DNA of 64,000 nt from Vulcanimicrobiota bacterium (GTDB lineage Bacteria; Vulcanimicrobiota; Xenobia; Xenobiales; JADMJV01): assembly GCA_050250895.1 (NCBI GenBank), contig JBFWNU010000003.1, forward strand, positions 192,001-256,000, written 5' to 3'. Below the pieces are notes generated by a model, which saw only the letters and a list, made by a program, of their open reading frames with translations, was not told the origin of the DNA and ran no database searches. The position numbers were made by a program, and so were the translations under genes. Of the stretch, positions 1-9,817 are shown piece after piece; within the stretch, counting starts at the first letter, position 1; each line of letters begins with the position of its first letter.

Positions 1-895
1 CCTTCACGTCCAGCAATCCGGGGTCGTATTCCGTTTTGAGGCTGGCCAGCCAGACGGTGCTAACCAGGCCCCAGGCCACGGGCACGATCAATGCGAGGCC
101 CAAGACCCGTCGCCACCAGGTCTCGCCCTGATAGAGTGCCCAGGACCGTTGGTGGGCGACCATCATCGCCAGGCTACAGCCAAGCAGCCCTGCGGCCCAG
201 CTTAAAGCCAGCAGACGCCCGTCGACTCTCAGAAAGACCTCGTCCAGGCTGTCGGCCCAGTTCCACAGGGTGAACTTTAACCCGAAACGCCAGTAGAGCT
301 GCCCGGCCGTCAAGGTCGCCAGGGACCAGAAGGTGGCCACTGCGGCCAGCATCACCGCTCGCAGTCTGACTCGGGTGCTCCGCAGGTCCCGCCGCCAACC
401 GCTCAACCACGGTCCGACCGCCAGCGCGAAGACCGTGGCGTTGACCAGGGCGAAGATGGCCGTGAAGGCCAACTGATTCGAACTGGCCACCTCGTCGCGG
501 AAGTATGGCCAGGCCAGCGGCAGGCTGGCACCGAAGCCGGCAAACCAGCCGTTGAGCGCCATCTGCATCAACCGCCGCCGAAACGGCTGGCGTTCCACCT
601 GGGGCTCGGTCTTGAGCCCCTTCTTGAGTTTGGCCAGCCACTTGTCCGACGGCTCATCCTCGGGCCTGGACTTCTGGCCGCCCAGGATCTGATCGAACCA
701 GGCCCAGAACTGGGTCGACGGCCCCACCTCGTCGAGGTGCTCGAACATCGTCTGGTAGACCCGGCGAGCTTCATCGAGGTCGCCTCCGGTATGCCGGTGG
801 GCCTGGTCGGCGGTGGCTTCCAGCAGTTGGTCGACCGAACCCGGCTCTTTGGCGGCCACCCAGCCCAGCAGCTGATCGGCTTCGCGGTCTTGCAT
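1..895 (-). CDS. Hypothetical membrane protein, runs off the left edge (partial)
   Basis: Hand-translated and not in the ORF track. ATG at 895 (MQDREADQLLGWVAAKEPG...), open to position 1, with several hydrophobic segments (AFTAIFALVNATVFALAV; LLALSWAAGLLG). Confidence 0.65.
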   Translation of the reverse strand, partial: MQDREADQLLGWVAAKEPGSVDQLLEATADQAHRHTGGDLDEARRVYQTMFEHLDEVGPSTQFWAWFDQILGGQKSRPEDEPSDKWLAKLKKGLKTEPQVERQPFRRRLMQMALNGWFAGFGASLPLAWPYFRDEVASSNQLAFTAIFALVNATVFALAVGPWLSGWRRDLRSTRVRLRAVMLAAVATFWSLATLTAGQLYWRFGLKFTLWNWADSLDEVFLRVDGRLLALSWAAGLLGCSLAMMVAHQRSWALYQGETWWRRVLGLALIVPVAWGLVSTVWLASLKTEYDPGLLDVK

Positions 896-970
896 CCGGG
901 CCTTTTCGCCAAAGACCTCTCGAAGTCATTGATCGCCAGGAGCAGCCTGGCCGAGCGGGAATGAGGGGGG

Positions 971-3247
971 ATGCGGTCGCGACTGGCCATCCCCGCGCTG
1001 GTATTGTGCGCGGGCTTTGCCGCCCTATCCTGGGAGGTCCTCTGGCAACTCGAGGCCTCACTGGCCCTGGGCGTGTCGGCCCTGGGCACGGCCATCACCC
1101 TGGCTACCACCATGGGCGGAATGTCGCTGGGCTCCCTGGCCATGGGTGCTTTTCTGCGTCACCGTCCCCCGACCCGACCGTTGCGGGTCTATGCGCTCCT
1201 CGAGGGCTGCATCGGAGTCTGCGGCCTGTTGCTCAAGCCGGGTTTTGCCCTGCTCGAACGCCTCGATTCGAGCTTTTACCTTTCTAGCCCGACCCTCACT
1301 CCCGCCCTGCATATGACCGGGATGGTCGTGGTGCTGGGGGTCCCGGCTATGGCCATGGGAGCCAGCGTGCCGGTCTTCGGTCTGGTGGCCGCCCGCTGCC
1401 AGACTTCGATCTCGCGGCTTTACGCGCTCAACACGGCCGGGGCGGCGGTGGGCTGCCTCGCGATCGCTCTGTTTCTCATTCGCAAGTTGGGGGTGAGCCA
1501 CTGCGCCTGGCTGGCTGCCTCGCTCAATCTGGGGGTGGCTGTGGTGGCTTTCTTCCTGCCCGAAGACGAGGCGGTCGAGAGCGAGACCTCTCTGGTTCGC
1601 CCCGCACCGCCCCCGGCGGCCGGTCTGATCGTGTTCCTGACCGGCTACGCCACCTTCGCCCTCGAAGTGGCCTGGTTCCGCTCGCTCCGCGCGGCCTTTC
1701 ACAGCACCACCGAGAGCTTCGCGATCATGCTGGCGGCTGTGCTCATCGCCCTGGCTCTGGCGGCCGTGCTGGTGCCCATCCTGCATCGGCGCATCCAACT
1801 GCCCCTGGTGTTGGCCCTGGCCGGGTTGGCCGTGCTGGTGGTCACTCCGCTGGTGGAACGCTTCGACCTGCTGCCCTCGGGGGGAGCTTACTGGTCGATG
1901 CTGGTCAGCTGGATGGGGCACTCCCTGCTGGTGTTGGGCACCCCGGTCTGCCTGCTGGGAATGGTCCTGCCCTGGGTGCTCGACGCCCAGACCACTCCGG
2001 CCGATTGGGCTCGCTGCTACGCCCTCAATACCTTCGGCGCTATTCTGGGAGCCATCTCGGCGGCCTGGCTGTGGCTGCCTCTGCTGGGATTCGCTCGCAC
2101 TGCCTGGCTGGTGGGTGGGCTGGTGAGTCTGGCGGGTTGCTGGTTGCTGGCCGGCAAACTGCGCATCCCGCTGGCCCTGATGACTCTGGGCGCCCTGGCC
2201 TGCGCCGCTCGTTTCGAATCCGGAGTCGGCCGCCAGCGCATCCAGGGCCATCTCTCGTTCAAGAATTACAAGGTGCTGGCCGCCCACGAGACGCCCGATT
2301 CGACCGTCTCCGCCGTCGAACTCAGCGATGGCGAGCGGGCCCTGGTCATCGACGGCTTCGAGGCGGCCGACGAGCGGCGCGAGATGTCCCACTACATGGA
2401 GTGGATGGGCCGCCTACCGATGATTCTCCATCCTCACCCCGAACGCTCGCTCATCATCTGCTTTGGCACCGGTCAAACCACCAATGGCGTGCGCCGCGAG
2501 GGGGACGGGAAGGTCGACGTGGTCGAACTTAATCGGGTGGTGCTCGAGATGGCTCCGCTTTTTACCGCCAACGAGGGGGTTTTGACCGACCCCCGCGTCA
2601 CCGCCCGGGCCATGGATGGGCGGGCCTGGCTGCGGCGCACCGACCAGACTTACGACGTGATTACCCTCGAGCCGATGCCGCCCAACTTTGCCGGCGTCAA
2701 CGCCCTCTATTCCCGCGAGTTTTACGCCCTGGCCCGCCAACGATTGGCGCCGGGAGGAGTGGTGGCCCAGTGGGTTCCTTTCCATCTGCTGGCGCCCTAT
2801 CACGCCACCTCCATCGCCCGTACCTTCCAGGATATCTTTCCCAACTCGGGCATGTGGATCGACCCGGTAGGCTTCACCGGCATTTTGGTCGGTTCGGTCG
2901 ACGGTCCGCCCATCGGTCAGCAGTGGCCGGGGCTGGGTCGTGACATCGCGCGCAGCCTCACCGACGCCGAGGTCGAGCAGGCCATGGTGCTCGGGCCCGA
3001 GGCCCTGCGTCGTTATGGCGCGCTGGGCGACGTGATCACCGACGACAATCAGCTGCTGGCCTACGGTGCCAGCACCCTGCTCAAGCAGAAGGTCGAGCAC
3101 CTGCACGAATCCAACCTGGCCCTGCTCCACTGGGCCTCGAGCGACCCTCCGCCGGCCAACTTCTCGTCGCGCCCCATCCTGGAGTTGCGCACGACCCTCA
3201 GGGCCCGCCAGATCGATCCCGCTCCCGCCCCCAGCCCGAAATTCTGA
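971..3247 (+). CDS. Multi-pass membrane domain fused to a spermidine-synthase-like SAM-binding domain
   Basis: About 12 TM segments with repeated LYALNT.GA motifs, then a C-terminal domain with ICFGTGQT, VDVVEL, DGRAWL, YDVITLEP and LYSREFY...LAPGGVVAQW. Confidence 0.85.
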   Translation: MRSRLAIPALVLCAGFAALSWEVLWQLEASLALGVSALGTAITLATTMGGMSLGSLAMGAFLRHRPPTRPLRVYALLEGCIGVCGLLLKPGFALLERLDSSFYLSSPTLTPALHMTGMVVVLGVPAMAMGASVPVFGLVAARCQTSISRLYALNTAGAAVGCLAIALFLIRKLGVSHCAWLAASLNLGVAVVAFFLPEDEAVESETSLVRPAPPPAAGLIVFLTGYATFALEVAWFRSLRAAFHSTTESFAIMLAAVLIALALAAVLVPILHRRIQLPLVLALAGLAVLVVTPLVERFDLLPSGGAYWSMLVSWMGHSLLVLGTPVCLLGMVLPWVLDAQTTPADWARCYALNTFGAILGAISAAWLWLPLLGFARTAWLVGGLVSLAGCWLLAGKLRIPLALMTLGALACAARFESGVGRQRIQGHLSFKNYKVLAAHETPDSTVSAVELSDGERALVIDGFEAADERREMSHYMEWMGRLPMILHPHPERSLIICFGTGQTTNGVRREGDGKVDVVELNRVVLEMAPLFTANEGVLTDPRVTARAMDGRAWLRRTDQTYDVITLEPMPPNFAGVNALYSREFYALARQRLAPGGVVAQWVPFHLLAPYHATSIARTFQDIFPNSGMWIDPVGFTGILVGSVDGPPIGQQWPGLGRDIARSLTDAEVEQAMVLGPEALRRYGALGDVITDDNQLLAYGASTLLKQKVEHLHESNLALLHWASSDPPPANFSSRPILELRTTLRARQIDPAPAPSPKF

Positions 3248-3300
3248 CACTTCTTACGCGAGCGCCAGGAGTCGGCGGGCCAAGTCGGTATTAGCCAGGC

Positions 3301-4083
3301 ATGAAAAAGCTTCTACCTCTTCTGCTTGCCCTGAGTCTGGGCGCCTCTGCCGACCACACCATCACCATGCGCACTACCTTCGCCGACCCGGCCGCGGGGG
3401 GCATGAAGATGACCTCGACCACCCGCACCAAGAACAAGCGCCAGCGCGTCGAGGATGTGACCGAGATGAGCGGCTTCAAGATGTCCAACATCCGGCTGGT
3501 CATGTGCGACCTCGAGCAAGAGGCGCAACTCGACCCCGACAACAAGATCTATACCGTCCGCAGCATGAATCCCCTCACCTACATGAATCCCGATCCCAAC
3601 AAGCAAACGCAGGTGAACAAAGGCACCGGCAAGATGTCGACCAACGTCAAGGTGCAGGACAAAGGGGTCGAGAAGGTGGCCCAGGTCAACGCTCACCACT
3701 GGATCGTCGACTCGCAGATGAAAGGCACCGGTTGCATCGGTAACTTCGATTACAAGAGCACCCGCGAGTTCTGGACCTCGGACCTGCCGTCGTTCTCCTG
3801 CCCCATCTACAACGGCTCCTGGACCAGCCAGACCATCAACGAGTGCAAGGTCACTAACGAGATGACCGGCGATGTGGCCAAGTTCATGGAGGCGATGTCC
3901 CACGAGGTGGTCAAAGAAATCATCTATGTCGACGGCAAGCCGAGCATGACCCGCGAGCTGGTCGACTTTTCCAAAGCCGCTCTCGAGGATTCGCTGTTTA
4001 GCCTCGACGGCTATCGCAAGGTGTCTGACGCCGAATTTCAGGCGGCTCAGCAGAAGAAGATGATGGAGATGTACCAGCGTTGA
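3301..4083 (+). CDS. Secreted hypothetical protein (DUF4412-like beta-rich fold possible)
   Basis: Signal peptide MKKLLPLLLALSLGASA; typical codon usage; ends in the DSLFSLDGYRKV motif. Confidence 0.7.
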   Translation: MKKLLPLLLALSLGASADHTITMRTTFADPAAGGMKMTSTTRTKNKRQRVEDVTEMSGFKMSNIRLVMCDLEQEAQLDPDNKIYTVRSMNPLTYMNPDPNKQTQVNKGTGKMSTNVKVQDKGVEKVAQVNAHHWIVDSQMKGTGCIGNFDYKSTREFWTSDLPSFSCPIYNGSWTSQTINECKVTNEMTGDVAKFMEAMSHEVVKEIIYVDGKPSMTRELVDFSKAALEDSLFSLDGYRKVSDAEFQAAQQKKMMEMYQR

Positions 4084-4568
4084 GGTGGCTCATCTGTATT
4101 CTCTTGGCGCTGGCCGCGCCGGGTTGGGCCCAACTGCGCGACCTGGACGGAGCGACCCATTCGGTGGCCGGGCTGGCCGCCGGGCAGAAAGCCACGGTGT
4201 TGGTGGTGTGGTGCAGTCGCTGTCACAGCTGCCGGGGCGTCGAGAACGATCTGGCCGCCTTCTCGCGCGACGGAGTCAGGCTGTTTGCGGTCGACCCGCA
4301 TCCAGCCGACGACGCCCAGCGAGTGCGCTCGTTTCTGGCCGAGCAGGGCCTGAGTCTCGAGGTCTTGCTCGACTCTGACCAGAGCTTTCTGCGCCAGTAT
4401 CAGATCGACCGCACCACCACCGCCCTGGTCTTCGACCAGACTGGAAAGCTTCGCTACTTCGGCCCCTTCCAAGACTATGCGGCGGAAGCCGTCGACGAGG
4501 TCCTGGGCGGGCAAGAGGTTACGGTGTCGACTCGTCCATTGCAGGGGTGCCCGATTCCTCGCCCTTAG
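4080..4568 (+). CDS. Exported thioredoxin-fold redoxin (TlpA/AhpC-TSA-like), copy 1
   Basis: Signal peptide, LRDLDG, WCSRCHSC (CxxC), LVFDQTGKLRYFG, C-terminal GCPI. Confidence 0.8.
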   Translation: MRWLICILLALAAPGWAQLRDLDGATHSVAGLAAGQKATVLVVWCSRCHSCRGVENDLAAFSRDGVRLFAVDPHPADDAQRVRSFLAEQGLSLEVLLDSDQSFLRQYQIDRTTTALVFDQTGKLRYFGPFQDYAAEAVDEVLGGQEVTVSTRPLQGCPIPRP

Positions 4569-4644
4569 GATAAGTGGACCCATTCGGGCCATTTCTAGGG
4601 CCATGCGCAGGAACCCCTCCGGACTGCGGGAAGAACGGTATTCG

Positions 4645-5805
4645 ATGAACTTCGTTTATCTGTCCCCCCATTTTCCCCCGAATTACCAGGCCTTTTGTAT
4701 CGAGCTGCGTTTGCAGGGGGCGAATGTGCTGGGTCTGGCCGAGGCTCCGTATGATTCTCTCTCGCCCCGTTTGCGCAACGTCTTGACCGAGTATTATCGG
4801 GTCGACGACATGCACGACTATGATCAGCTGGTGCGGGCGTTGGGCTATTTCACGCACCAGTACGGCAAAATCGACCGGCTCGAATCGCACGCCGAGTACT
4901 GGCTCGAGACCGAGGCCAGGCTGCGCACCGACTTCAACATCACCGGTCTGCGCGCCCACGACCTGCCCACCATGAAGCGCAAGTCGCTGATGAAGCAGAA
5001 GTTCATCGAGGCCGGCGTCGAGGTGGTTCGCGGCGAGGTCGCCCGCGATCGCAATCACGCCCTCAAGATCGCTAAGAAGCTGGGCTTTCCGCTGGTGGCC
5101 AAGCCCGACATCGGGGTGGGAGCGGCCGGAACTTTTCGTTTCGACGATGCCGACGCTTTGAGCGCGTTCTACGAGCAGAGCCATCCTCACGACTACATCC
5201 TCGAGCAATACATCGACGGCGTGTTGACCAGCTTCGATGGCCTGGTCGACCGCGATGGCAAGCCGGTGTTGCTGGCCTCGCACGTGTTCTCGGACGGAAT
5301 CATGGACGTGGTCAGCCAGGACCTCGACATGTTTTACTACTCCGAGCGCGAGCTGCCCCAGGACCTCGAGCAGGCCGGCCGGGCGGTGCTGGCCGCCTAT
5401 GGCCTGACCGAACGATTCTTCCATTTCGAGTTCATCCGTCGCCACAGCGACCAGAAGCTGGTCGGCCTCGAGGTCAACATGCGCCCGCCGGGAGGGTTGA
5501 CCACCGACATGTTCAACTTCGCCAACGACATCGATATCTATCGCCAGTGGGCCCGAGTGGTAGTGGGCAAGTCGTTCGAACCCGATCCGGCCCGGCCGTT
5601 TCATTGCTGCTACATCGGTCGCAAGGACAACCGCACCTACCGCCACGACCACGATCAGGTGTTGGCCCGGGCGGGCGACTTGCTGTGCCACGAGGAGCGG
5701 GTCCAATCGGTCTTTCGGGGGGCCATCGGGGATCACGGCTATCTGCTACGTTCACCCCAATTGAACGACTTGCTAGAGGTAGCCAACTACGCTTTGGAGA
5801 GCTAG
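4645..5805 (+). CDS. ATP-grasp domain protein, copy 1
   Basis: Start reassigned to MNFVYLSPHFPP. Motifs GFPLVAKPDIGVGAAGT, YILEQYIDG, FFHFEF, LEVNMRPPGG. Confidence 0.85.
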   Translation: MNFVYLSPHFPPNYQAFCIELRLQGANVLGLAEAPYDSLSPRLRNVLTEYYRVDDMHDYDQLVRALGYFTHQYGKIDRLESHAEYWLETEARLRTDFNITGLRAHDLPTMKRKSLMKQKFIEAGVEVVRGEVARDRNHALKIAKKLGFPLVAKPDIGVGAAGTFRFDDADALSAFYEQSHPHDYILEQYIDGVLTSFDGLVDRDGKPVLLASHVFSDGIMDVVSQDLDMFYYSERELPQDLEQAGRAVLAAYGLTERFFHFEFIRRHSDQKLVGLEVNMRPPGGLTTDMFNFANDIDIYRQWARVVVGKSFEPDPARPFHCCYIGRKDNRTYRHDHDQVLARAGDLLCHEERVQSVFRGAIGDHGYLLRSPQLNDLLEVANYALES

Positions 5806-6537
5806 ATGTACGAAACCCATCGCTGGTGGAGCCCCCACCTGGGGCAAGACATGGAATTTCGGGTCTACGGCCATGCTGGCAAGCCCGCCATCGTCTTCCC
5901 TTCGCAAGAGGGGCGTTTCTTCGAGTATCACGACTTCGGCATGGTCGAGGCGGTCAAGCCGTGGCTCGACCAGGGCCGGTTGCGCCTGGTCACGGTCGAT
6001 GGCATCGACGGCCAGAGCTGGCTTAACAACGACATTCATCCTCACCATCGCGCTTTGCGGGCTCACGCTTACGACGCCTACATCATGAACGAGATCGTGC
6101 CGTTCGTCGAAGCCATGGCTCCCGATCAGGGCATCATGCTCACGGGTTGCTCGATGGGTGGTTACCACTCGGCCAACGTCTTTTTCCGCCACCCCGGCCG
6201 CTTCGACACTTTGATCGCCATCAGCGGAGTCTATCGGCTGATGCTGTTCATTGGCGACTACATGGACGAGGAGGTCTACTTCCACGTGCCCCTGGCCTAC
6301 CTGCCCAACCTGCACGACCCGGCGGCGCTCGAGGCTATGCGCCGAGCCCGCATCGTGGTGGTGGTGGGTCAGGGAGCCTGGGAGCACGACATGGTCCACG
6401 ACACCCGCGCCCTCGAGCAGATCCTCCAGTCCAAGAACGTCCCGGCCCGCTTTGACTATTGGGGCCACGATGTCGACCACGACTGGCCCTGGTGGCGCAA
6501 GATGATGCCCCACTTCCTGACCGAACTGGGCATCTAA
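5806..6537 (+). CDS. Putative esterase, alpha/beta hydrolase, copy 1
   Basis: Nucleophile elbow GCSMGG; HDWPWW catalytic His region; starts immediately after the ATP-grasp stop. Confidence 0.85.
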   Translation: MYETHRWWSPHLGQDMEFRVYGHAGKPAIVFPSQEGRFFEYHDFGMVEAVKPWLDQGRLRLVTVDGIDGQSWLNNDIHPHHRALRAHAYDAYIMNEIVPFVEAMAPDQGIMLTGCSMGGYHSANVFFRHPGRFDTLIAISGVYRLMLFIGDYMDEEVYFHVPLAYLPNLHDPAALEAMRRARIVVVVGQGAWEHDMVHDTRALEQILQSKNVPARFDYWGHDVDHDWPWWRKMMPHFLTELGI

Positions 6538-6542
6538 CCCTG

Positions 6543-6563
6543 AGCGGCCTCTCTGGCCGCTTT
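6543..6563 (+). terminator. Hairpin after esterase, possible weak terminator (copy 1)
   Basis: AGCGGCC-tctct-GGCCGCT followed by TT, 5 bp after the stop codon. Confidence 0.4.
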
Positions 6564-6708
6564 CAACCTCGGCATGAGGCTGGGGTGTAAAGTACCGAGC
6601 TTCGGGTTCTGCCCGTGGCGCGGACGAGGTGGGACCGCAAACCATTGTCAATTTGCCTCTTTGGATATCAAGAAGATGTCATGTGAGGAGCGGTTTGTCC
6701 ACTTCGGA

Positions 6709-7263
6709 TTATTTGAAGGGCAATTGGATGCTGGTCGTGGTTTGCGACGTCTGGTCGCGGCTCTGGCCCGAAGCTCCGCGGATGGTGGTGCTGCCTTCGA
6801 TGGTGGCGGTCACCACCGTGTCGGACAGGCGGTCGACCTCGAAGCTGCTGATTTGCCGTCCCAGGATTCGCTGGGGCGCGGCGCCATAGACACTTTCCAG
6901 CACCAGCGTCTCGGGGCCGGCCACCTGACGGATGCGAAAGAGTTCATAAACGGGGCTGCGCGGATCGAAGGGAGTGGCCGGGTCCATCAGCTCGGCCGGG
7001 GCACAGAAGATGACCTCAGAAGCGGTAGCGCCTACTCCAGGAGCATAGATCGCGGTCTGGATTTCGCTGGGGGCGACCGCCGAGCGCAAGATCAGGCTGC
7101 TGCGTTTGGTGGCTTCGCGCAATTGGATCTCCATCTCGACTCGCTGCGTGCCCTGATGGCTGGAAGCGATGAAGCCTCTGAGGGCAAAGGCGAACATGGC
7201 TCCGATGATGCTCAAGAGAGCGACCGACACCAGCAGTTCAGCGATGGTAAAGCCTCGCCTCAT
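6709..7263 (-). CDS. Type IV pilin/pseudopilin (PulJ/PilW-like), copy 1
   Basis: Class III signal MRRG|FTIAELLVSVALLSII. Confidence 0.8.
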   Translation of the reverse strand: MRRGFTIAELLVSVALLSIIGAMFAFALRGFIASSHQGTQRVEMEIQLREATKRSSLILRSAVAPSEIQTAIYAPGVGATASEVIFCAPAELMDPATPFDPRSPVYELFRIRQVAGPETLVLESVYGAAPQRILGRQISSFEVDRLSDTVVTATIEGSTTIRGASGQSRDQTSQTTTSIQLPFK

Positions 7264-7682
7264 GGAGCCCGATGCAATCCTTTGAGAGTCACCCCGTGCT
7301 CGACGCCTTTACTTTCCCAATAGAGATTGACCGTGACTTCGAAGAGAAGATAGCCGTAGTTGGCGGGATTGGTGTCCTGTCGAACCATCTGGAGGTTGCG
7401 GGTGTAGCCGGTGCCGGCCGGAAAATTGGCCGTGAAGGGAGCGGCCTCGAGGGCCACGCGAGCGTTGATGGGGTCATTGATAGGAGCCACCTCGGGAAGG
7501 TTGCCGACCCGAACCAGATCGAGCACCTGTCGCGCCACACCCAGGGCTTCATCGGTCTTGGCCGCCTGCTGGGCGCCGCGAAAAGCCGAGATGATCACTC
7601 CCAGCAAAGCCAGCAGCACCAGGCCAAGCACGGCCACGGCCACGATGGTTTCGAGCAGACTCAGGCCACGCGGCGATTTCAC
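7260..7682 (-). CDS. Type IV pilin/pseudopilin (PilV/PulI-like), copy 1
   Basis: GTG start overlaps the upstream TGA; KSPRG|LSLLETIVAVAVLG. Confidence 0.8.
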   Translation of the reverse strand: MKSPRGLSLLETIVAVAVLGLVLLALLGVIISAFRGAQQAAKTDEALGVARQVLDLVRVGNLPEVAPINDPINARVALEAAPFTANFPAGTGYTRNLQMVRQDTNPANYGYLLFEVTVNLYWESKGVEHGVTLKGLHRAP

Positions 7683-9217
7683 AGCGGCGCCTCGTGCCAA
7701 TAGCGGATACTGAGGTCGCTGCCGGCCGTGGTGGGAAAGCGCGGCGGCGGTTCGTTAGCTAGCGTCGCATCATAGATGATGTTGGGCGTGCCGTAGCCGT
7801 TCAGGCCACCCATGCCGGCCAGGGTGGTCCCGTCCGCCGGATTGAACAGGTTGTAGTCGGGAGTGTGTCCGCTCGAGATGCCGCCATAGATGGCCATGCG
7901 TCCCGGGGCGCTGGTGGTGGCATTCTGCACCGAAAGCCGGTCGCGGGCCATGATGGTGGCATAGAGCGAGAGAGGATCGGTCGAGTTGCGAGGGATGAGA
8001 GCGGTGTTGCCGGTGATCTCGACCCGATTGGCCACGATGCCGAGTCGATCGCTGGTCGAGGTGGGCTTGCTGCCATCCGGGGTGTCGGCGCGCAAGATGT
8101 CGCCGGTGATGACGATGTTCTTCAGAGCGGCGTGGTCGACCGCCACCGTGTGGGCGTTCTTGTTGGTGCCCGAGAAGCTGGCGATGTTGCCGTTAGAGAA
8201 GATGACTCCGGTGCCCATCCCGGGCACGGTGACAGGCGCACCAGAAGGCGGAGTGACGATGCGCGTGCTCGAGACGGAGTCCTCTTCGACGGTGGTCGTC
8301 TGACCGGCCTGAACGATGGTGAGGACGAAGTTGCCCGAGCCGTTCACGTTCATGGTCATGGCATCGACATCGCCATCGATAAAGACTCCGCCGGCGGGGT
8401 TGACGGTCACACCGGCGGGAGGGGCCGGAGGCGGGTTGCCGCCCCAGGCGGCCGAGGCCTGGGCGATGGCGCTGGTGGGCATGGGAATGGGAGCAACGCC
8501 TGCTTGCACCTCGCTGAGGCCGCCGGTCACCAGGCGGTCGTACCCGTCCCCGTACGAATACGGCGCGTTGGAACTCGAGTAGTAGTGGATGCCATCGGGG
8601 CTGCTGGCATCTACGCCTGAGCTGGTGATCCGCCCATCGATGGCCGGTGTCGCCGGAGCAGGCCCGGTGAAATAGCTCTGACTGATGTACATCCGCAACA
8701 CGCCGTTGTGATGAACCGGGCCCTCGCTCTTCCAGCCCTGGCCGATGACGACATCCCAAAGCCCGCCCGAGGACAGGTCGGTGAATTCTCCGAACTCGGC
8801 GAAGCTCTGGCCGGCCTGGACCCAGGCCACGATCTGCCAGCGATCGCCGCCATCGCGCGAGGCCCGCGAGGTCAGGCGATAGAGACGAATGGTGTCGATG
8901 CCGTTGGGTGGCGTTTGGGGGTCGGCCTCGATCTGGCAAGACCAGTCCCAGTTGCCCAGGCTGCCGGTGCGCACCGGCGAGGGCGTGACCGTGTTGCACG
9001 GTTCGCCAGCGTTGGCCAGGGTGTGAGCGATCCAGGCCATCGAATCGCGCACGCCCGCATCGGCGGCCAGCGACGCCTCGGTGTCGATGCGATTCTTGGT
9101 GGCCGCCGCCAGGTCGGTGGGCACCACCAGCATGAAGCCCGCGGCCAGGCCCGTCAACAGGAGAACTCCCAGCAGCGCCACCATCATCGCGGCGCCTCGT
9201 CGTGAAATTGATACCAC
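7679..9217 (-). CDS. PilX-like pilus assembly protein with large beta-rich C-terminus, copy 1
   Basis: SRRGAAMMVALLGVLLL...ASLAADAGVRD PilX-type N-terminus; C-terminal YDATLANEPPPRFP. Start placed at GTG 9217. Confidence 0.75.
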   Translation of the reverse strand: MVSISRRGAAMMVALLGVLLLTGLAAGFMLVVPTDLAAATKNRIDTEASLAADAGVRDSMAWIAHTLANAGEPCNTVTPSPVRTGSLGNWDWSCQIEADPQTPPNGIDTIRLYRLTSRASRDGGDRWQIVAWVQAGQSFAEFGEFTDLSSGGLWDVVIGQGWKSEGPVHHNGVLRMYISQSYFTGPAPATPAIDGRITSSGVDASSPDGIHYYSSSNAPYSYGDGYDRLVTGGLSEVQAGVAPIPMPTSAIAQASAAWGGNPPPAPPAGVTVNPAGGVFIDGDVDAMTMNVNGSGNFVLTIVQAGQTTTVEEDSVSSTRIVTPPSGAPVTVPGMGTGVIFSNGNIASFSGTNKNAHTVAVDHAALKNIVITGDILRADTPDGSKPTSTSDRLGIVANRVEITGNTALIPRNSTDPLSLYATIMARDRLSVQNATTSAPGRMAIYGGISSGHTPDYNLFNPADGTTLAGMGGLNGYGTPNIIYDATLANEPPPRFPTTAGSDLSIRYWHEAPL

Positions 9218-9223
9218 CTGGGA

Positions 9224-9232
9224 ACTATAGCA
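9224..9232 (-). promoter_or_regulatory. Extended -10 element (TG-C-TATAGT) of the pilin operon, probably leaderless, copy 1
   Basis: TGCTATAGT lies 6 nt before GTG 9217, with no Shine-Dalgarno in between. Confidence 0.5.
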
Positions 9233-9237
9233 CATTC

Positions 9238-9817
9238 GTGCGACCTCGAGCAAGAGGCGCAACTCGACCCCGACAACAAGATCTATACCGTCCGCAGCAT
9301 GAATCCCCTCACCTACATGAATCCCGATCCCAACAAGCAAACGCAGGTGAACAAAGGCACCGGCAAGATGTCGACCAACGTCAAGGTGCAGGACAAAGGG
9401 GTCGAGAAGGTGGCCCAGGTCAACGCTCACCACTGGATCGTCGACTCGCAGATGAAAGGCACCGGTTGCATCGGTAACTTCGATTACAAGAGCACCCGCG
9501 AGTTCTGGACCTCGGACCTGCCGTCGTTCTCCTGCCCCATCTACAACGGCTCCTGGACCAGCCAGACCATCAACGAGTGCAAGGTCACTAACGAGATGAC
9601 CGGCGATGTGGCCAAGTTCATGGAGGCGATGTCCCACGAGGTGGTCAAAGAAATCATCTATGTCGACGGCAAGCCGAGCATGACCCGCGAGCTGGTCGAC
9701 TTTTCCAAAGCCGCTCTCGAGGATTCGCTGTTTAGCCTCGACGGCTATCGCAAGGTGTCTGACGCCGAATTTCAGGCGGCTCAGCAGAAGAAGATGATGG
9801 AGATGTACCAGCGTTGA
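9238..9817 (+). pseudogene. 5'-truncated second copy of the 3301..4083 gene
   Basis: The duplication begins inside codon 68 of that gene, so the signal peptide and start are lost. An in-frame ATG at 9299 remains. Confidence 0.85.

Noticed and set aside
6620-6650. c-di-GMP-I riboswitch-like GTGGGACCGCAAACC
   Set aside because: Only a partial resemblance; the upstream stem and tetraloop are missing and there is no downstream gene on that strand.
7679-9637. 652-aa version of the PilX-like ORF
   Set aside because: The N-terminal extension is the antisense frame of the truncated gene fused in frame by the duplication junction; the PilX-like signal starts near 9217.
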